IMG/VR virus record: IMGVR_UViG_3300008952_002040
Span: 1 to 56,542 of that record
Length of the DNA: 56,542 bases
Reading direction: 5' to 3' (one strand)
DNA from: a virus
Lineage: Duplodnaviria; Caudoviricetes
Under the pieces are notes generated by a model. The model was not told where the DNA came from. It saw only the letters and a program-made list of their open reading frames with translations, and did no database searches. Below are positions 1 to 10,317 of this stretch, piece after piece (position 1 is the stretch's first letter; every line of letters starts with the position of its first letter). A program made the position numbers and the translations under genes.

Positions 1-336
1 CTTTAATCTTTGCATTTTCTCTTGTAAGTCAGCTAATCTTTCTGTTACTTCCGATACAGTCTTAATCAATTGACCTGCAACTTCATAGGTTCTAGGGTGT
101 TCAGATTCTTCTGCTAGTTGCAATATGCCTGTAATGGCGTCCTGACCCCGCTCGATGAGATTGTAGAAGTTTTCCCGACTATATCTATAGTCTACGTCAG
201 TATCCATTTCCCGTTCACTGGTAGTCATTACAGACGTTGCTGGCCGTGTAGCCAAAGGCTTAGGATTTAATACCTCTTTTTTTATATTTTTTGCTACACC
301 AAGAGCATCACTGATTGCATCATCAACATTATTCAT
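1..336 (-). CDS. gp16: Terminase small subunit (T4 gp16-like), 3' end truncated by window
   Basis: Not in ORF track; translated by hand from ATG at 336: MNNVDDAISDALG...DVDYRYSRENFYNLIERGQDAITGILQLAEESEHPRTYEVAGQLIKTVSEVTERLADLQEKM. The DY..SR.N...LI..G..A and HPR.YEV.GQLIK motifs are typical of gp16, and it lies directly downstream of gp15. Confidence 0.92.
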   Translation of the reverse strand, partial: MNNVDDAISDALGVAKNIKKEVLNPKPLATRPATSVMTTSEREMDTDVDYRYSRENFYNLIERGQDAITGILQLAEESEHPRTYEVAGQLIKTVSEVTERLADLQEKMQRLK

Positions 337-338
337 AA

Positions 339-1115
339 TCAAGTCCATTCACTAATAGTTTCATTAAATCCAAAATCATCCGCATCAGCTGATGATGGCG
401 GACTAGTTGCTTCTACAACAATACGATGGTGCCGTGAAGGTGCTTCTGCTGGCAAATCTGAGTATATATCCACTTGCGCTTTCGTAATCTGTTCTTGTGT
501 AGAAACTGGACCATAAACATATGTTTTAGCACTAAAACTCATAGTATAAATTATAGCCCTGCGTTCTGTAAAATCACCAGCATAAGTATCCTCATAATTA
601 ATATCATTTAAAATTATTGGAACATCTCTAATGAGATCCATTTCAGGAACTTCTTTAATCGTTACTGTATATTCTGGTTGAAAGTATGGTAGTATCTGTT
701 CAACAATTTGAATACCATCATCACTATTTTTTGCCATAACAAACAATTCAAAATTCATATTGTAAGGTACGGGTGTATACTGTGAGGTCATTGACTTTAG
801 TTTTTTACTAGTATCATCATTAACCTTTTTATGTTTAATAATTCTATTTAATTTTCTATCAGGATCATATGTAAATCCTTGAATCTCAAACCCTATACGA
901 GGAAGAGTAATAGCTATAGATTGTGTCCCAGCTGGGTCTTGTTCTAATCTAGCAATAAATTTTTGTTTTGGACCATATGCTAAAGGCACTTTCAAAGATT
1001 GTGTCTTTGTTCCTGCTTTATTTTTTCTAAATATAGTTACGTTGTTGAATAATGAACCAAAAGCTATAATAGTTTTTCTAAACGATTCATTATAAAAATG
1101 TTCTCCGAGCATCAC
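339..1115 (-). CDS. gp15: Tail terminator / proximal tail sheath stabiliser (T4 gp15-like)
   Basis: Motifs RKTIIAFGSLFNN, KVPLAYGPKQKF, TLPRIGFE, PVPYN, QIVEQILPYFQP; position in the gp13-14-15-16 order. ATG at 1112 is the likelier start than GTG at 1115. Confidence 0.95.
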   Translation of the reverse strand: MMLGEHFYNESFRKTIIAFGSLFNNVTIFRKNKAGTKTQSLKVPLAYGPKQKFIARLEQDPAGTQSIAITLPRIGFEIQGFTYDPDRKLNRIIKHKKVNDDTSKKLKSMTSQYTPVPYNMNFELFVMAKNSDDGIQIVEQILPYFQPEYTVTIKEVPEMDLIRDVPIILNDINYEDTYAGDFTERRAIIYTMSFSAKTYVYGPVSTQEQITKAQVDIYSDLPAEAPSRHHRIVVEATSPPSSADADDFGFNETISEWT

Positions 1116-2038
1116 ATACCCTCCGTAGGTTCACCAAAAGGATTCTTCTCACTGAAATCAAGTATTCCATCTATAGATTCGGTCCCTATAGCTTCATCTT
1201 CAAAGAAATCATTATCCGCTTGTGGCATTTGTTCTTCCATTTTAAAGTTCTCTAATATTATATAGTATTCATCACCTTCATCATCTTCATAAAGAATAGA
1301 ATCAACACCAACTTCATCTTCACAAATTATATTATCACCATCGGTTTCATCTATTATTAGTCCGGTACTAGTTATATCTGTTCCTGCTTCCAAGCGAATT
1401 GCCTCGTTATATGTGAATGGACTTTCGCCAACAAGATGCCAATTTCTAGGATCAAGTGTGTGGGCTTCTTCAACATTATCAATTTCAGAAATTCCAGTAT
1501 CAATTGCTTCACTTGAATATTCATAAGTTCTACAGTATAATTTATATACAGGGAGATTATCTATCTGATAAAATGGATCATCATGGTCTACAAAACTTAT
1601 TTCAAATAATTTTTTTACTTCTGGGTGCCATACTAAATCTCCTTCATTCGGCCTCCCAGTCCCAAGAATACCATCTAAATATTCCGTATCTGTTAGAGCT
1701 GTGGATGACCCTGTACCTGATGCTGCAATTAAAATATCTTCCCAACGTCTACGAGAAACCACAAATATGGTTTCATCTCGTATCTCCAGACCAAACCTTG
1801 TAATAATTTCCTTTTCGCCTTGATAACCTTCTGGAGTTTCCATCCACATTTCCATGGGATAAGCGCTTTCAAATTTACTAAGAGTATCTTCTCCCAAGAG
1901 ATCATCTTCATTTACAAGGATTCTAGGTATATAATAAACTTCATGTCCGTATATCTGCAACGCTTCAATTACTAAATCTTCATAAAGCAATTGTTCATTG
2001 GTCGTCCCTTTAGAGAAATATAAATTTGTAGTAGGCAC
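1112..2038 (-). CDS. gp14: Neck protein (T4 gp14-like) with acidic C-terminal insertion
   Basis: EQLLYEDLVIEALQIYG.EVYYIPR, FGLEIRDE, RPNEGDLVW.P, FEI.FV.H..PFYQ, C-terminal DFSEKNPFG; synteny. Confidence 0.95.
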   Translation of the reverse strand: MPTTNLYFSKGTTNEQLLYEDLVIEALQIYGHEVYYIPRILVNEDDLLGEDTLSKFESAYPMEMWMETPEGYQGEKEIITRFGLEIRDETIFVVSRRRWEDILIAASGTGSSTALTDTEYLDGILGTGRPNEGDLVWHPEVKKLFEISFVDHDDPFYQIDNLPVYKLYCRTYEYSSEAIDTGISEIDNVEEAHTLDPRNWHLVGESPFTYNEAIRLEAGTDITSTGLIIDETDGDNIICEDEVGVDSILYEDDEGDEYYIILENFKMEEQMPQADNDFFEDEAIGTESIDGILDFSEKNPFGEPTEGM

Positions 2039-2043
2039 AGTTT

Positions 2044-2859
2044 TTAACCAATGTCAAAGTGGAGTGGTTCTTCCCAAGTAGTTCTTGATTCATCTTCTAA
2101 TTTTTGAATTGTCTCCTTAGCCTCATTATATATCGTTTCACCGTTCATGGAAACTCCGCCCAACATTGTTACTCCTTGAAACTTAATAAGATTCTCACCC
2201 CACTGTTTCTTTATGAGAGCTGTTGTATATTTTTTTAGCCATAAATTATCATATACGTCTGTCCAGGTTGTAGGATCTAATTTTCGATAACATTCTATAA
2301 TGATATGCTCTCCTACCTGAACATCATCACCCCAATCCATATTAATATAAAGCCTATTCTTATGAGTATTAAACTGTAAAGGCTTTTCTCCTATTAAAAT
2401 CATATCCAAATAATCTAAATGCCACATGGTCATTTGATAGTGGATAACTGATTCGGATGAAAAATCATAGAGGTCATTTAATCTTAACTGATAACGAACA
2501 TCAAACATATTAAGATTGCCTCTATCACTAAACGGCAGAACTCTTAACACACTTTGAACCGCATCAGGCATTACTAAAAATCCCTTCCCTGTTTTCCAAT
2601 CTGTTGTTATTCCTGAATCCGATATATCAGTTGAAGTTTCCGTTTCATCTGTACCGGATCTAGCAACATCAGCTTCTGTAATTAAATGTTTAAGATATAC
2701 ACGCTCCATACCACTATACTGAAAAGTATAAAAGTATTGAAGCGCTTCATCAATCCGATCATCGACCTGATCGTCATCAACATTAATTTCTAAAACAGGT
2801 GCTCCTAATTTTCGCAAGCACCAATCCTTCAATGTAGATTTAGAATTTGGTATAGCCAT
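2044..2859 (-). CDS. gp13: Neck protein (T4 gp13-like)
   Basis: LKDWCLRKLGAPVLEINVDDDQVDDRIDEALQYF; WLKKYTTALIKKQWGENLIKFQGVTMLGGVSMNG; synteny. Confidence 0.96.
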   Translation of the reverse strand: MAIPNSKSTLKDWCLRKLGAPVLEINVDDDQVDDRIDEALQYFYTFQYSGMERVYLKHLITEADVARSGTDETETSTDISDSGITTDWKTGKGFLVMPDAVQSVLRVLPFSDRGNLNMFDVRYQLRLNDLYDFSSESVIHYQMTMWHLDYLDMILIGEKPLQFNTHKNRLYINMDWGDDVQVGEHIIIECYRKLDPTTWTDVYDNLWLKKYTTALIKKQWGENLIKFQGVTMLGGVSMNGETIYNEAKETIQKLEDESRTTWEEPLHFDIG

Positions 2860-5800
2860 TAATATGTTCCACCATCTATTACATTAGTCCAATCTGGAGT
2901 CCCAGAGTTTGAATATAAGAAGTAACCATCTGTTCCTTCTGCTGTTGCTTGTATATCCGTACCATTGTTACCATAAAGGATACCATTAGCTGTTAATGTA
3001 GTGACTCCAGTACCACCCTCTGACATTGGCAGAGTGCCTGTTACCTTCGTAGTTAAGTCTATATTACCTGCAAGTTGGGCATTTGTTACACCTAAACTCT
3101 TAATAGTAACATCACCACTAGTTACACTAAAATCTGCCGTGTTAAACGTAGCAATACCCTTATTAGTGTCTGTAGCATCTTCAGCTGCAATCGTAAATGT
3201 ATTAGCTGCATCATCATATGTTGTAGTAATACCTTCACCATCTTGTACCAACTGAGATACCCGATCATCAATAGCTTCTGGACTTGTATATAAGTTTGTA
3301 GAGCCCTGAGCAATATCATCAGAATCTAGAGTTAATGTACCACCCAATGCAATAACGTTACCGTTAATAGTAACAGAATCATTAGCCAACTGTGCGTTAT
3401 CAACACCAGAGGACTTAATCGCAACTGCACCAGTTGTTACTGCAAAGTCCCCACTGGCAAACGATGCAACACCTTTATTAGTGTCTGTAGCATCTTCAGC
3501 AGCTATTGTGAATGTATTGGCAACATCATCATATGTTGTGGTAATACCTTCACCATCTTGTACCAAAGAATTAATGCGGTCATCAACCCTTTCATTAGTG
3601 AAGAATATGTTTGTACCCTCAGCAAAATCATCTGTATCTAGTGTTAATGTGCCACCCAAGGACAGTGAATGACTGTTTATTGTTACTGAACTATTAGATA
3701 ATTTATTATTATCAATAGAACCAGTAAGCATTGAATTAGTTACACCTAAGGCCTTAACTTGCAACGCATCAGCAACAACTTCAATAGATGCATTATCTAC
3801 TGCAACATCTAATGTGTTACCTGTTTTGGTTAATGCATCACCAGCAATTACTTGTCCTGCACCAGAGAACTGCGCTACTGGTAGAGCAGTCGTTCCGATT
3901 GTTGGTACACCATTATGAGTAAATGTGTATCCATTATCTTGTCCAATGGTACCTTCTTCAACAAATACAAATGTTCCACCATCTAGTTCTTGTGATGGAT
4001 CACCATCAGCATCTGTAGCTCTAGTCAATACCCAATTTGTAGAACCATCACCAAGTGTTGTTACTGTATAGATACCATTCTCAGCCTGTGCAGTCTGATC
4101 TTTAACCAGCACTCTATCATTAAGAGATGCTGTAACACCATCTACTGCAAATGCAGCCTGGGTACTATTGTTAGTCAATGTTGCACCAACACCAGATGTG
4201 CCGTTAGCATATGTGCCCGACAAATCAGCTGTTGTAGCCATTCTTACAGAATCTTTAATATCAAGACCACTCTTTACTGCATCGACATATTGTTTAGTAA
4301 CAGCATCCGTTGTTTGAGTTGGTTCTGCAAGATTAATAATTCTTGCACTGTTAACATCTACTGATCCAGTTCCATTAGGATCTAATACAATATCTCCATT
4401 TGCATCTGTAGAACTAATCGTGTTGGTATCTATTCTAATGTTGTCTACATCTAATTGTGTTAGACCATTAACATCTGTAATCGTATCGCCAAGATTAACT
4501 GTATCACTACCCAATACTATAGTAGAATTGACTAGTTTAGCATTCTCAATCGAACCAGCAAGTTGTGCATTAGATACACCAAGTGCCTTAATACCAACTG
4601 CACCAGTTGTTACTGTAAAATCAGTATTAGCAAACGATGCCACACCCTTGTTAGAATCTGTAGCGTCCTCTGCATCAATGGTAAATGTACCAGCACTGTC
4701 GTTATAAGTTGTGGTGATACCTTCACCATCAACAACTAGGTTACTTACACGGTCATCAACACGTTCATCTGTATACCAAAGATTACTTGCACCTTCTGGT
4801 ACATCATCTGTGCTGACCTGATTTGTACCTGTACCCCAATCAATAAGAGTATCATCAATAGCATCAGCCTGTATATTTACTGCCCCGGCCGTAACATCGA
4901 AATGTGTTGCATCAAAGGATGCCACACCCTTATTAGACGTGCTAGCATCTTCGCCGGTTATAGTTACAATGTTTCCTGTAGCAGAAGTATCTACACCTTC
5001 ACCACCAACAATAGATAGCGTTTCAGAGTCTAAGTCAATAGCTATTGTGCCACTGTCTGTAGTAAGGTCTAAATCTTCAGCTGTAATCTGTGTGTCAACG
5101 TATGTTTTAATACTTTCGGATGTAGCAAGGGTTGTACTTGATGCAGTTGCAAAAGTATCGTCATCTAAAACAGCAGTACCAGCAACATCTGTATTAAGAA
5201 CAGCACTTTCAACTATAACTGTACCAGAACCATCTGGTGTGAGATTAATGTGACCATTAGTGTCTGTTGATATGATTGTATTACCATTAAGATTGAGATT
5301 ATCAACATCAAGATCACCTGTAATATCTACAGCACCAGTTATTGTTGATGTACCATCAATCTCCACATCAGCATTAACGTCTAATGTAGCACCATTGATT
5401 GTAGCATCACCTGTAACGGTTAAGTTATCATTGATGGTAGTTTCTGACACCGTGTGGCCAATCGACACAGGACCACCAGAAGTTGCAGTAGCAATATTTA
5501 ATGTTCCTGTAGTATTGTCAATATGCGAATCTGTACCGTCATGGTAGAGTTGTAAATCATCACCAGTACCTAACTTGAGGTTTGCATTGTCTGGTAGATC
5601 GACATGAGTTGTTGCTGAAATTACCCCTGTAACATCTAGAGTATCACTTAATGTAGTAGCACCAGTTACCCCTAATGTACCAGCAACAGTAGCGTTATTG
5701 TCAACATCTAAATCATCAATGTGTGCTGTACCATCTATATAGAGGTCTTTCCATTCTTGAGTTGCTGAACCTAAATCATAAGCACCGTCTGTATTTGGAA

Positions 5801-8501
5801 TGATATTAGAATTAACATCAGCACCAAAGACCACGTTATCTGTATCGGCATCACCAAGAGTTAGTGTGCCGCCATTAAGAGTTGAAAGCCCTTCGACGGT
5901 AAGATTGCCGGTTACGGTTGCATTTCCTGTTACATCTAAATTGCCGGCAACATTTAAATTGTCATTAACTGTTGTTTCTGATGTTCCGTGGCCTATTGAA
6001 ATAGGAACACCAGAAGTTTCTGTAGCAATTTTTAATGAGCCCGTTGTGTTTGTAATATAGGAATCTGTAGCATCATGGTACAGCTGTAAGTCGTCGCCTG
6101 TACCTAATTTAATATTAGCGTTATCTGGCATATCAACATGAGTTGTTGTCGTGATTACACCAGTAACATCTAATGTGTCGTTCAGTGTAGTAGCACCAGT
6201 AACATCTAATGTATCGCTCAGTGTGGTAGCACCAGTAACACCTAATGTACCAGCGGTATCTGTATTACCAGTTGCAGCTGCAATAGTAAACTTAGTGGTG
6301 TTAATATCAAAATCACCATCTATACCTGTAGCACCAACAACGTCTAATGTACCAGCAATGTCAGTATCACCTGAACTTGCAGCAACATTAAATTTATTTG
6401 TATTAATGTCAAAGTCGCCGTCTATACCTGTAGCACCAGTAACATCTAATGTATCGCTCAGTGTGGTAGCACCAGTAACACCTAATGTGGAACTTAGAGT
6501 AGTAGCACCAGTTACTCCTAATGTACCAGCAACTGTAGCATTAACATCAACATCTAACGTATCAATATGGGCTGTGCCATCTAAATATAAATCTTTCCAT
6601 TCTTGTGTAGCAGCACCTAAATCATAAGCACCATCTGTATTAGGAATGATATTAGAATTAACATCAGCACCAAACACCACATTATCTGTAGCAGCATCAC
6701 CTAGTGTTAATGTGCCACCATTGAGTGTTGATAATCCTTCAACGGTAAGATTGCCGGTTACGGTTGCATTACCTGATACTGTGAGATTATCATTGATAGT
6801 AGTTTCTGATGTTCCATGACCTATTGAAACAGGAACACCAGAAGTTTCTGTAGCAATTTTTAATGAGCCTGTTTTGTTTGTAATATAGGAATCCGTAGCA
6901 TCATGGTAAAAAGATAAATCATTACTTGTTCCTATATAAATTTCTGTATCATCTGGTAGATGTATAAACGAACTTGCACCTGCTATCTCCACAGGAGCAT
7001 TAACATTTAATTGGTCGTTTAGTGTCGAAACACCAGTCACACCTAATGTGGAACTTAGAGTAGTAGCACCAGTAACTCCTAACGTGCCTGTTATGGCCGC
7101 GTTCTCATCTACATCTAATGTATCAATGTGAGCTGTGCCGTCAATATAGATATTTCTCCATTCTTTTGTGGCGGTACCTAAGTCGAATGTGCTGTCTGAA
7201 TTGGGTATAATATTAGAATTAACATCAGCACCAAACACCACATTATCTGTGTCGGCATCACCAAAAGTTAATGTGCCGCCATTAAGAGTTGATAATCCTT
7301 CAACTGTAAGGGTACCTGAAATTTCTACATTAGAATCTATATCTACATCTTTAAGAAATTGTATTTTCTCACCGGAATCTGTGGTATGAAATACAGCATA
7401 ATTTGTAACACCTTCAGAAATAGTAAGAGCTGTAGCACTGTTATCAATAATATTAATATCTGTTGCTTGTGTTGAAACATCAATATTTGAAGAATTAAAA
7501 TCTAAATCTGAATTTAATGTTGTTGTGCCATCAACAATAAGATCACCAGAATCTATATCAATACCTTGATTGAAATGCCATCTATTATCAGCATTTTGCC
7601 AAAGTATAGTTTTGTCTGTAGTGCCTTTAAGGGTGATACCACCGCCATCCGCTATACCGTCAGTAGGAGTATCTACTGCCGATAATTCTAAATTCTTATC
7701 GTCTACTGTAATGGTTGCAACATTAAGAGTTGTTTGGGTACCATTAACAATCAAATCTCCAGTAACGGTTAGATTATCATTGATAGTTGTTTCTGATACG
7801 GAATGACCAATTGAAATTACAGAACCACTAGTTGCTGTTCCTAACTGTAAAGCATTAGTGCCGTTAGGGTCTATAGATAATGCACCTGTCGTAGTTGTAA
7901 TAGCATTGCCATTTAAATTGATATTATCAACATCAAGGTCACCAGTAATATCTACAGCACCAGAAAGGGCTAAATCACCAGAGAAAAGAGAACTGCCAGA
8001 AACTGTCAAATCTCCAGCAATTGTGAGATTATCTTGAACAGTAGTTTCTGAAGTTGCATTACCAATCTTAACAACAGAACCGCTTGTAAGTGTTCCTAGA
8101 TTTAGATTTTGTGTGCCTTGAGCATCAATGTTTAAGTGTCCGCCTGAGGTATATTCATGGAAGATACCGACATTATTTCCATCTATAGTTACCCTATCAA
8201 CCCTAAGCTCGTTTAATTTTTTATCTTCATCAACTATTAAAGCAGAATCTGGAGAAACTTGTCCTCGAATATGATCTAACAAATCGGTGAAATACTTACC
8301 ACCAATTGTATGTACAAATTCAGCTTCTAATTCTCCGCCGGGGCCTGTAGGATACTCATCTCCTGCACCAATAAAAAATCTTTGGCCGCCGTTAGATGCT
8401 GTAGCACCTCCCCATGTATAAGCTATTTCCCCCGATTTTAAATCGGTAGGAGCTGTATTTCCGGAAGACCTTTTTATTAGAAATTTTGATATAGTGGGCA
8501 T
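2859..8501 (-). CDS. Long repetitive fibre protein (1880 aa; tail/neck fibre)
   Basis: T/D/G/V-rich; N-terminal IKRS..APTDL..GEIAY motif typical of T4-like fibres; nested internal repeats; C-terminal IDGGTY; lies immediately upstream of gp13. Confidence 0.8.
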   Translation of the reverse strand: MPTISKFLIKRSSGNTAPTDLKSGEIAYTWGGATASNGGQRFFIGAGDEYPTGPGGELEAEFVHTIGGKYFTDLLDHIRGQVSPDSALIVDEDKKLNELRVDRVTIDGNNVGIFHEYTSGGHLNIDAQGTQNLNLGTLTSGSVVKIGNATSETTVQDNLTIAGDLTVSGSSLFSGDLALSGAVDITGDLDVDNINLNGNAITTTTGALSIDPNGTNALQLGTATSGSVISIGHSVSETTINDNLTVTGDLIVNGTQTTLNVATITVDDKNLELSAVDTPTDGIADGGGITLKGTTDKTILWQNADNRWHFNQGIDIDSGDLIVDGTTTLNSDLDFNSSNIDVSTQATDINIIDNSATALTISEGVTNYAVFHTTDSGEKIQFLKDVDIDSNVEISGTLTVEGLSTLNGGTLTFGDADTDNVVFGADVNSNIIPNSDSTFDLGTATKEWRNIYIDGTAHIDTLDVDENAAITGTLGVTGATTLSSTLGVTGVSTLNDQLNVNAPVEIAGASSFIHLPDDTEIYIGTSNDLSFYHDATDSYITNKTGSLKIATETSGVPVSIGHGTSETTINDNLTVSGNATVTGNLTVEGLSTLNGGTLTLGDAATDNVVFGADVNSNIIPNTDGAYDLGAATQEWKDLYLDGTAHIDTLDVDVNATVAGTLGVTGATTLSSTLGVTGATTLSDTLDVTGATGIDGDFDINTNKFNVAASSGDTDIAGTLDVVGATGIDGDFDINTTKFTIAAATGNTDTAGTLGVTGATTLSDTLDVTGATTLNDTLDVTGVITTTTHVDMPDNANIKLGTGDDLQLYHDATDSYITNTTGSLKIATETSGVPISIGHGTSETTVNDNLNVAGNLDVTGNATVTGNLTVEGLSTLNGGTLTLGDADTDNVVFGADVNSNIIPNTDGAYDLGSATQEWKDLYIDGTAHIDDLDVDNNATVAGTLGVTGATTLSDTLDVTGVISATTHVDLPDNANLKLGTGDDLQLYHDGTDSHIDNTTGTLNIATATSGGPVSIGHTVSETTINDNLTVTGDATINGATLDVNADVEIDGTSTITGAVDITGDLDVDNLNLNGNTIISTDTNGHINLTPDGSGTVIVESAVLNTDVAGTAVLDDDTFATASSTTLATSESIKTYVDTQITAEDLDLTTDSGTIAIDLDSETLSIVGGEGVDTSATGNIVTITGEDASTSNKGVASFDATHFDVTAGAVNIQADAIDDTLIDWGTGTNQVSTDDVPEGASNLWYTDERVDDRVSNLVVDGEGITTTYNDSAGTFTIDAEDATDSNKGVASFANTDFTVTTGAVGIKALGVSNAQLAGSIENAKLVNSTIVLGSDTVNLGDTITDVNGLTQLDVDNIRIDTNTISSTDANGDIVLDPNGTGSVDVNSARIINLAEPTQTTDAVTKQYVDAVKSGLDIKDSVRMATTADLSGTYANGTSGVGATLTNNSTQAAFAVDGVTASLNDRVLVKDQTAQAENGIYTVTTLGDGSTNWVLTRATDADGDPSQELDGGTFVFVEEGTIGQDNGYTFTHNGVPTIGTTALPVAQFSGAGQVIAGDALTKTGNTLDVAVDNASIEVVADALQVKALGVTNSMLTGSIDNNKLSNSSVTINSHSLSLGGTLTLDTDDFAEGTNIFFTNERVDDRINSLVQDGEGITTTYDDVANTFTIAAEDATDTNKGVASFASGDFAVTTGAVAIKSSGVDNAQLANDSVTINGNVIALGGTLTLDSDDIAQGSTNLYTSPEAIDDRVSQLVQDGEGITTTYDDAANTFTIAAEDATDTNKGIATFNTADFSVTSGDVTIKSLGVTNAQLAGNIDLTTKVTGTLPMSEGGTGVTTLTANGILYGNNGTDIQATAEGTDGYFLYSNSGTPDWTNVIDGGTY
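5600..7320. repeat. Nested intragenic repeats in the 1880-aa fibre gene (boundaries approximate)
   Basis: Three copies of LTVEGLSTLNGGTLT(F/L)GDAxTDNVVFGADVNSNIIPN...DGTAHID.LDVD and many 12-aa GATTL(S/N)xTLxVT units. Exact 59-bp direct repeat at 6190-6248 / 6430-6488 and exact 35-bp repeat at 6478-6512 / 7039-7073. Confidence 0.9.
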
Positions 8502-8734
8502 TAAAATGTTCCCCCATCAAACACAATAGAGCCTGTAGATGTAAGAACCGTATAATCTACGTCTGTGATAAGGTCCTTCAATTTCCAAGAGTCTGTTGCT
8601 GCATCATAAAACACAACTTTATTATCATCAGCAGCTGATAATGTGCCAAAATTAGAATCCGTTAAAGTTCTAAGCTTTAATTGTGACTTTACTACTTTTG
8701 CTTTTAGTGTAGTACCAGATGAACTAGTAGCCAT
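8501..8734 (-). CDS. Small virion-associated protein ending in DGGTF
   Basis: 77-aa ORF with GGGAGAATAAAGGGAT upstream; stop overlaps the fibre start codon; shares the C-terminal DGGT(F/Y) with the fibre. Confidence 0.75.
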   Translation of the reverse strand: MATSSSGTTLKAKVVKSQLKLRTLTDSNFGTLSAADDNKVVFYDAATDSWKLKDLITDVDYTVLTSTGSIVFDGGTF

Positions 8735-8749
8735 ATCCCTTTATTCTCC

Positions 8750-9100
8750 CTATCTAGAAACGGAAGGCTGAACTACTAACCTACCCTCTAAAGTTCTTGT
8801 TTTAATTCCTAAAGAATCGGTTAATTGTAAATCCCAAACATATCTACCGTCTTTGAGGTTACCAGTTTGTGTGTCAGTCAATCCAAGCTCTAATTTCCCA
8901 GTAGTTCTATCTGCGGGCCAAGCAATAGTAAAGGTTTCAGATGCGGAGCTAGTTCCGTATCGTTTTCGTATTTGAGCTAAAGCGGTATAACCAGTTAAAT
9001 CAAGGACTGTGATGTTTCCATCAGCATCTTCATTTGTCAATTCTACAGAAACCGAGAAATCTGCATCAGCTTCAACGACTAGATTATTAATTAGTGACAT
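8750..9100 (-). CDS. Conserved small virion structural protein (BppU-like beta-sandwich)
   Basis: DLTGYTALAQIRK...GKLELGLT..QT..LK.GRYVWD...RTLEG.L.V.P.V pattern, common in T4-like marine phages; GGAG RBS and TATAAATA upstream. Confidence 0.8.
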   Translation of the reverse strand: MSLINNLVVEADADFSVSVELTNEDADGNITVLDLTGYTALAQIRKRYGTSSASETFTIAWPADRTTGKLELGLTDTQTGNLKDGRYVWDLQLTDSLGIKTRTLEGRLVVQPSVSR

Positions 9101-9123
9101 AAAAACTCCAATTCTTTTGCTAC

Positions 9124-9131
9124 TATTTATA
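9124..9131 (-). promoter_or_regulatory. T4-type late promoter TATAAATA
   Basis: TATTTATA on + strand, overlapping the hemA stop codon, 23 nt upstream of the 9100 start. Confidence 0.75.
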
Positions 9132-10317
9132 AAATTTCGTTGTGTCGCATTGCATCCCTCAACTTAATTACCATATCATATATCATTAAATCCGTATGAA
9201 AAGGTCCTGGAGTAAACCTTAATCGTTCGGTACCCTTTGCTACGGTAGGATAATTTATAGGTTGTACATAAATCCCATCCTTATATAATAAATCATCACT
9301 AATTCTCTTACATTTTGTTGCATCACCTATAATAACAGGAACAATATGTGATGGATTTTTCATTACGCTTATACCATTTCGTTCCAATTCTTCTTTAGTT
9401 TTTTGGGAACGCTCTTGCATAGTAAGCCTTAAGCTGTTATGGTCTCTAACATACTTAACAGAGGTCAAGGCTCCAGCACATATAACTGGACTTATACTTG
9501 TGGTGAATATGAATCCAGAAGATAAACTTCGTATAGCATCTAGAAAATCTTTATCAGCAGCAATATAACCTCCTTGTATTCCAAACGCTTTAGCTAATGT
9601 TCCGTTTATTATATCAACTTCAACACCATCACGTTCTGTAATACCGCCACCACCTTCTCCATATAAGCCTACTGCATGAACTTCATCTAGAAAAGTTATA
9701 GCTTTATATTTTTTACATAATGCTACAATTTCTTTTAATGGACATATATCTCCGTCCATAGAATAAACAGATTCAAAAACAACACATTTAGGATCAGGAG
9801 TTTTTTCAAGTAATTCTTTAAGATGCTTTAAGTCATTATGTTTCCAAATTTCTTTCTTAGCTCTACTGTGACGAATTCCTTGAATAATGGATGCATGGTT
9901 CATACTGTCACTTATAAAAGTAATATCAGGCAAAACTTTAGCCATAGTTTCTAAAGTTGCTGAATTTGCAATATAAGCTGAAGTAAAAAGCAGAGCGGCT
10001 TCTTTTTGGTGCAATTCTGCTAACTCTTGTTCTAAAGCAACATGATAATGTGTGGTGCCTGATATGTTTCTTGTTCCGCCTGAACCAGCACCAGAACTCT
10101 CCAATGCTGTTCGCATTGCATCTATAACATAACGGTGTTGACCCATGCCCAAATAATCATTTGAACACCAATTAACTATTCGTTTAACAGCGTATTTGGA
10201 ATACCATATTGCTTGCGGAAATTTACCACGTTCTCTGAGGATATCATTAAAAACTCTATAGTTGCCTTCTTCTTTAAGGCCTTCTATAATTTCCTGAAAT
10301 TTATCAAGATATATCAT
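9127..10317 (-). CDS. hemA: 5-aminolevulinate synthase (PLP-dependent, Shemin/C4 pathway)
   Basis: [52 protein letters not shown] (PLP lysine), [31 protein letters not shown] at 10317 preferred over the track's TTG at 10323. Confidence 0.95.
   Translation of the reverse strand: MIYLDKFQEIIEGLKEEGNYRVFNDILRERGKFPQAIWYSKYAVKRIVNWCSNDYLGMGQHRYVIDAMRTALESSGAGSGGTRNISGTTHYHVALEQELAELHQKEAALLFTSAYIANSATLETMAKVLPDITFISDSMNHASIIQGIRHSRAKKEIWKHNDLKHLKELLEKTPDPKCVVFESVYSMDGDICPLKEIVALCKKYKAITFLDEVHAVGLYGEGGGGITERDGVEVDIINGTLAKAFGIQGGYIAADKDFLDAIRSLSSGFIFTTSISPVICAGALTSVKYVRDHNSLRLTMQERSQKTKEELERNGISVMKNPSHIVPVIIGDATKCKRISDDLLYKDGIYVQPINYPTVAKGTERLRFTPGPFHTDLMIYDMVIKLRDAMRHNEIL

Noticed and set aside
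1456-1911. ORFs 1456..1803 (+) and 1729..1911 (-)
   Set aside because: Nested within the well-supported gp14 gene and without recognisable motifs.
3001-7806. Many + strand ORFs of 63-158 aa opposite the fibre gene, including a repetitive VVAPVTSNV ORF at 6151..6627
   Set aside because: Antisense shadows of a repetitive, codon-biased gene; their repeats mirror the fibre repeats and I saw no RBS or promoter support.
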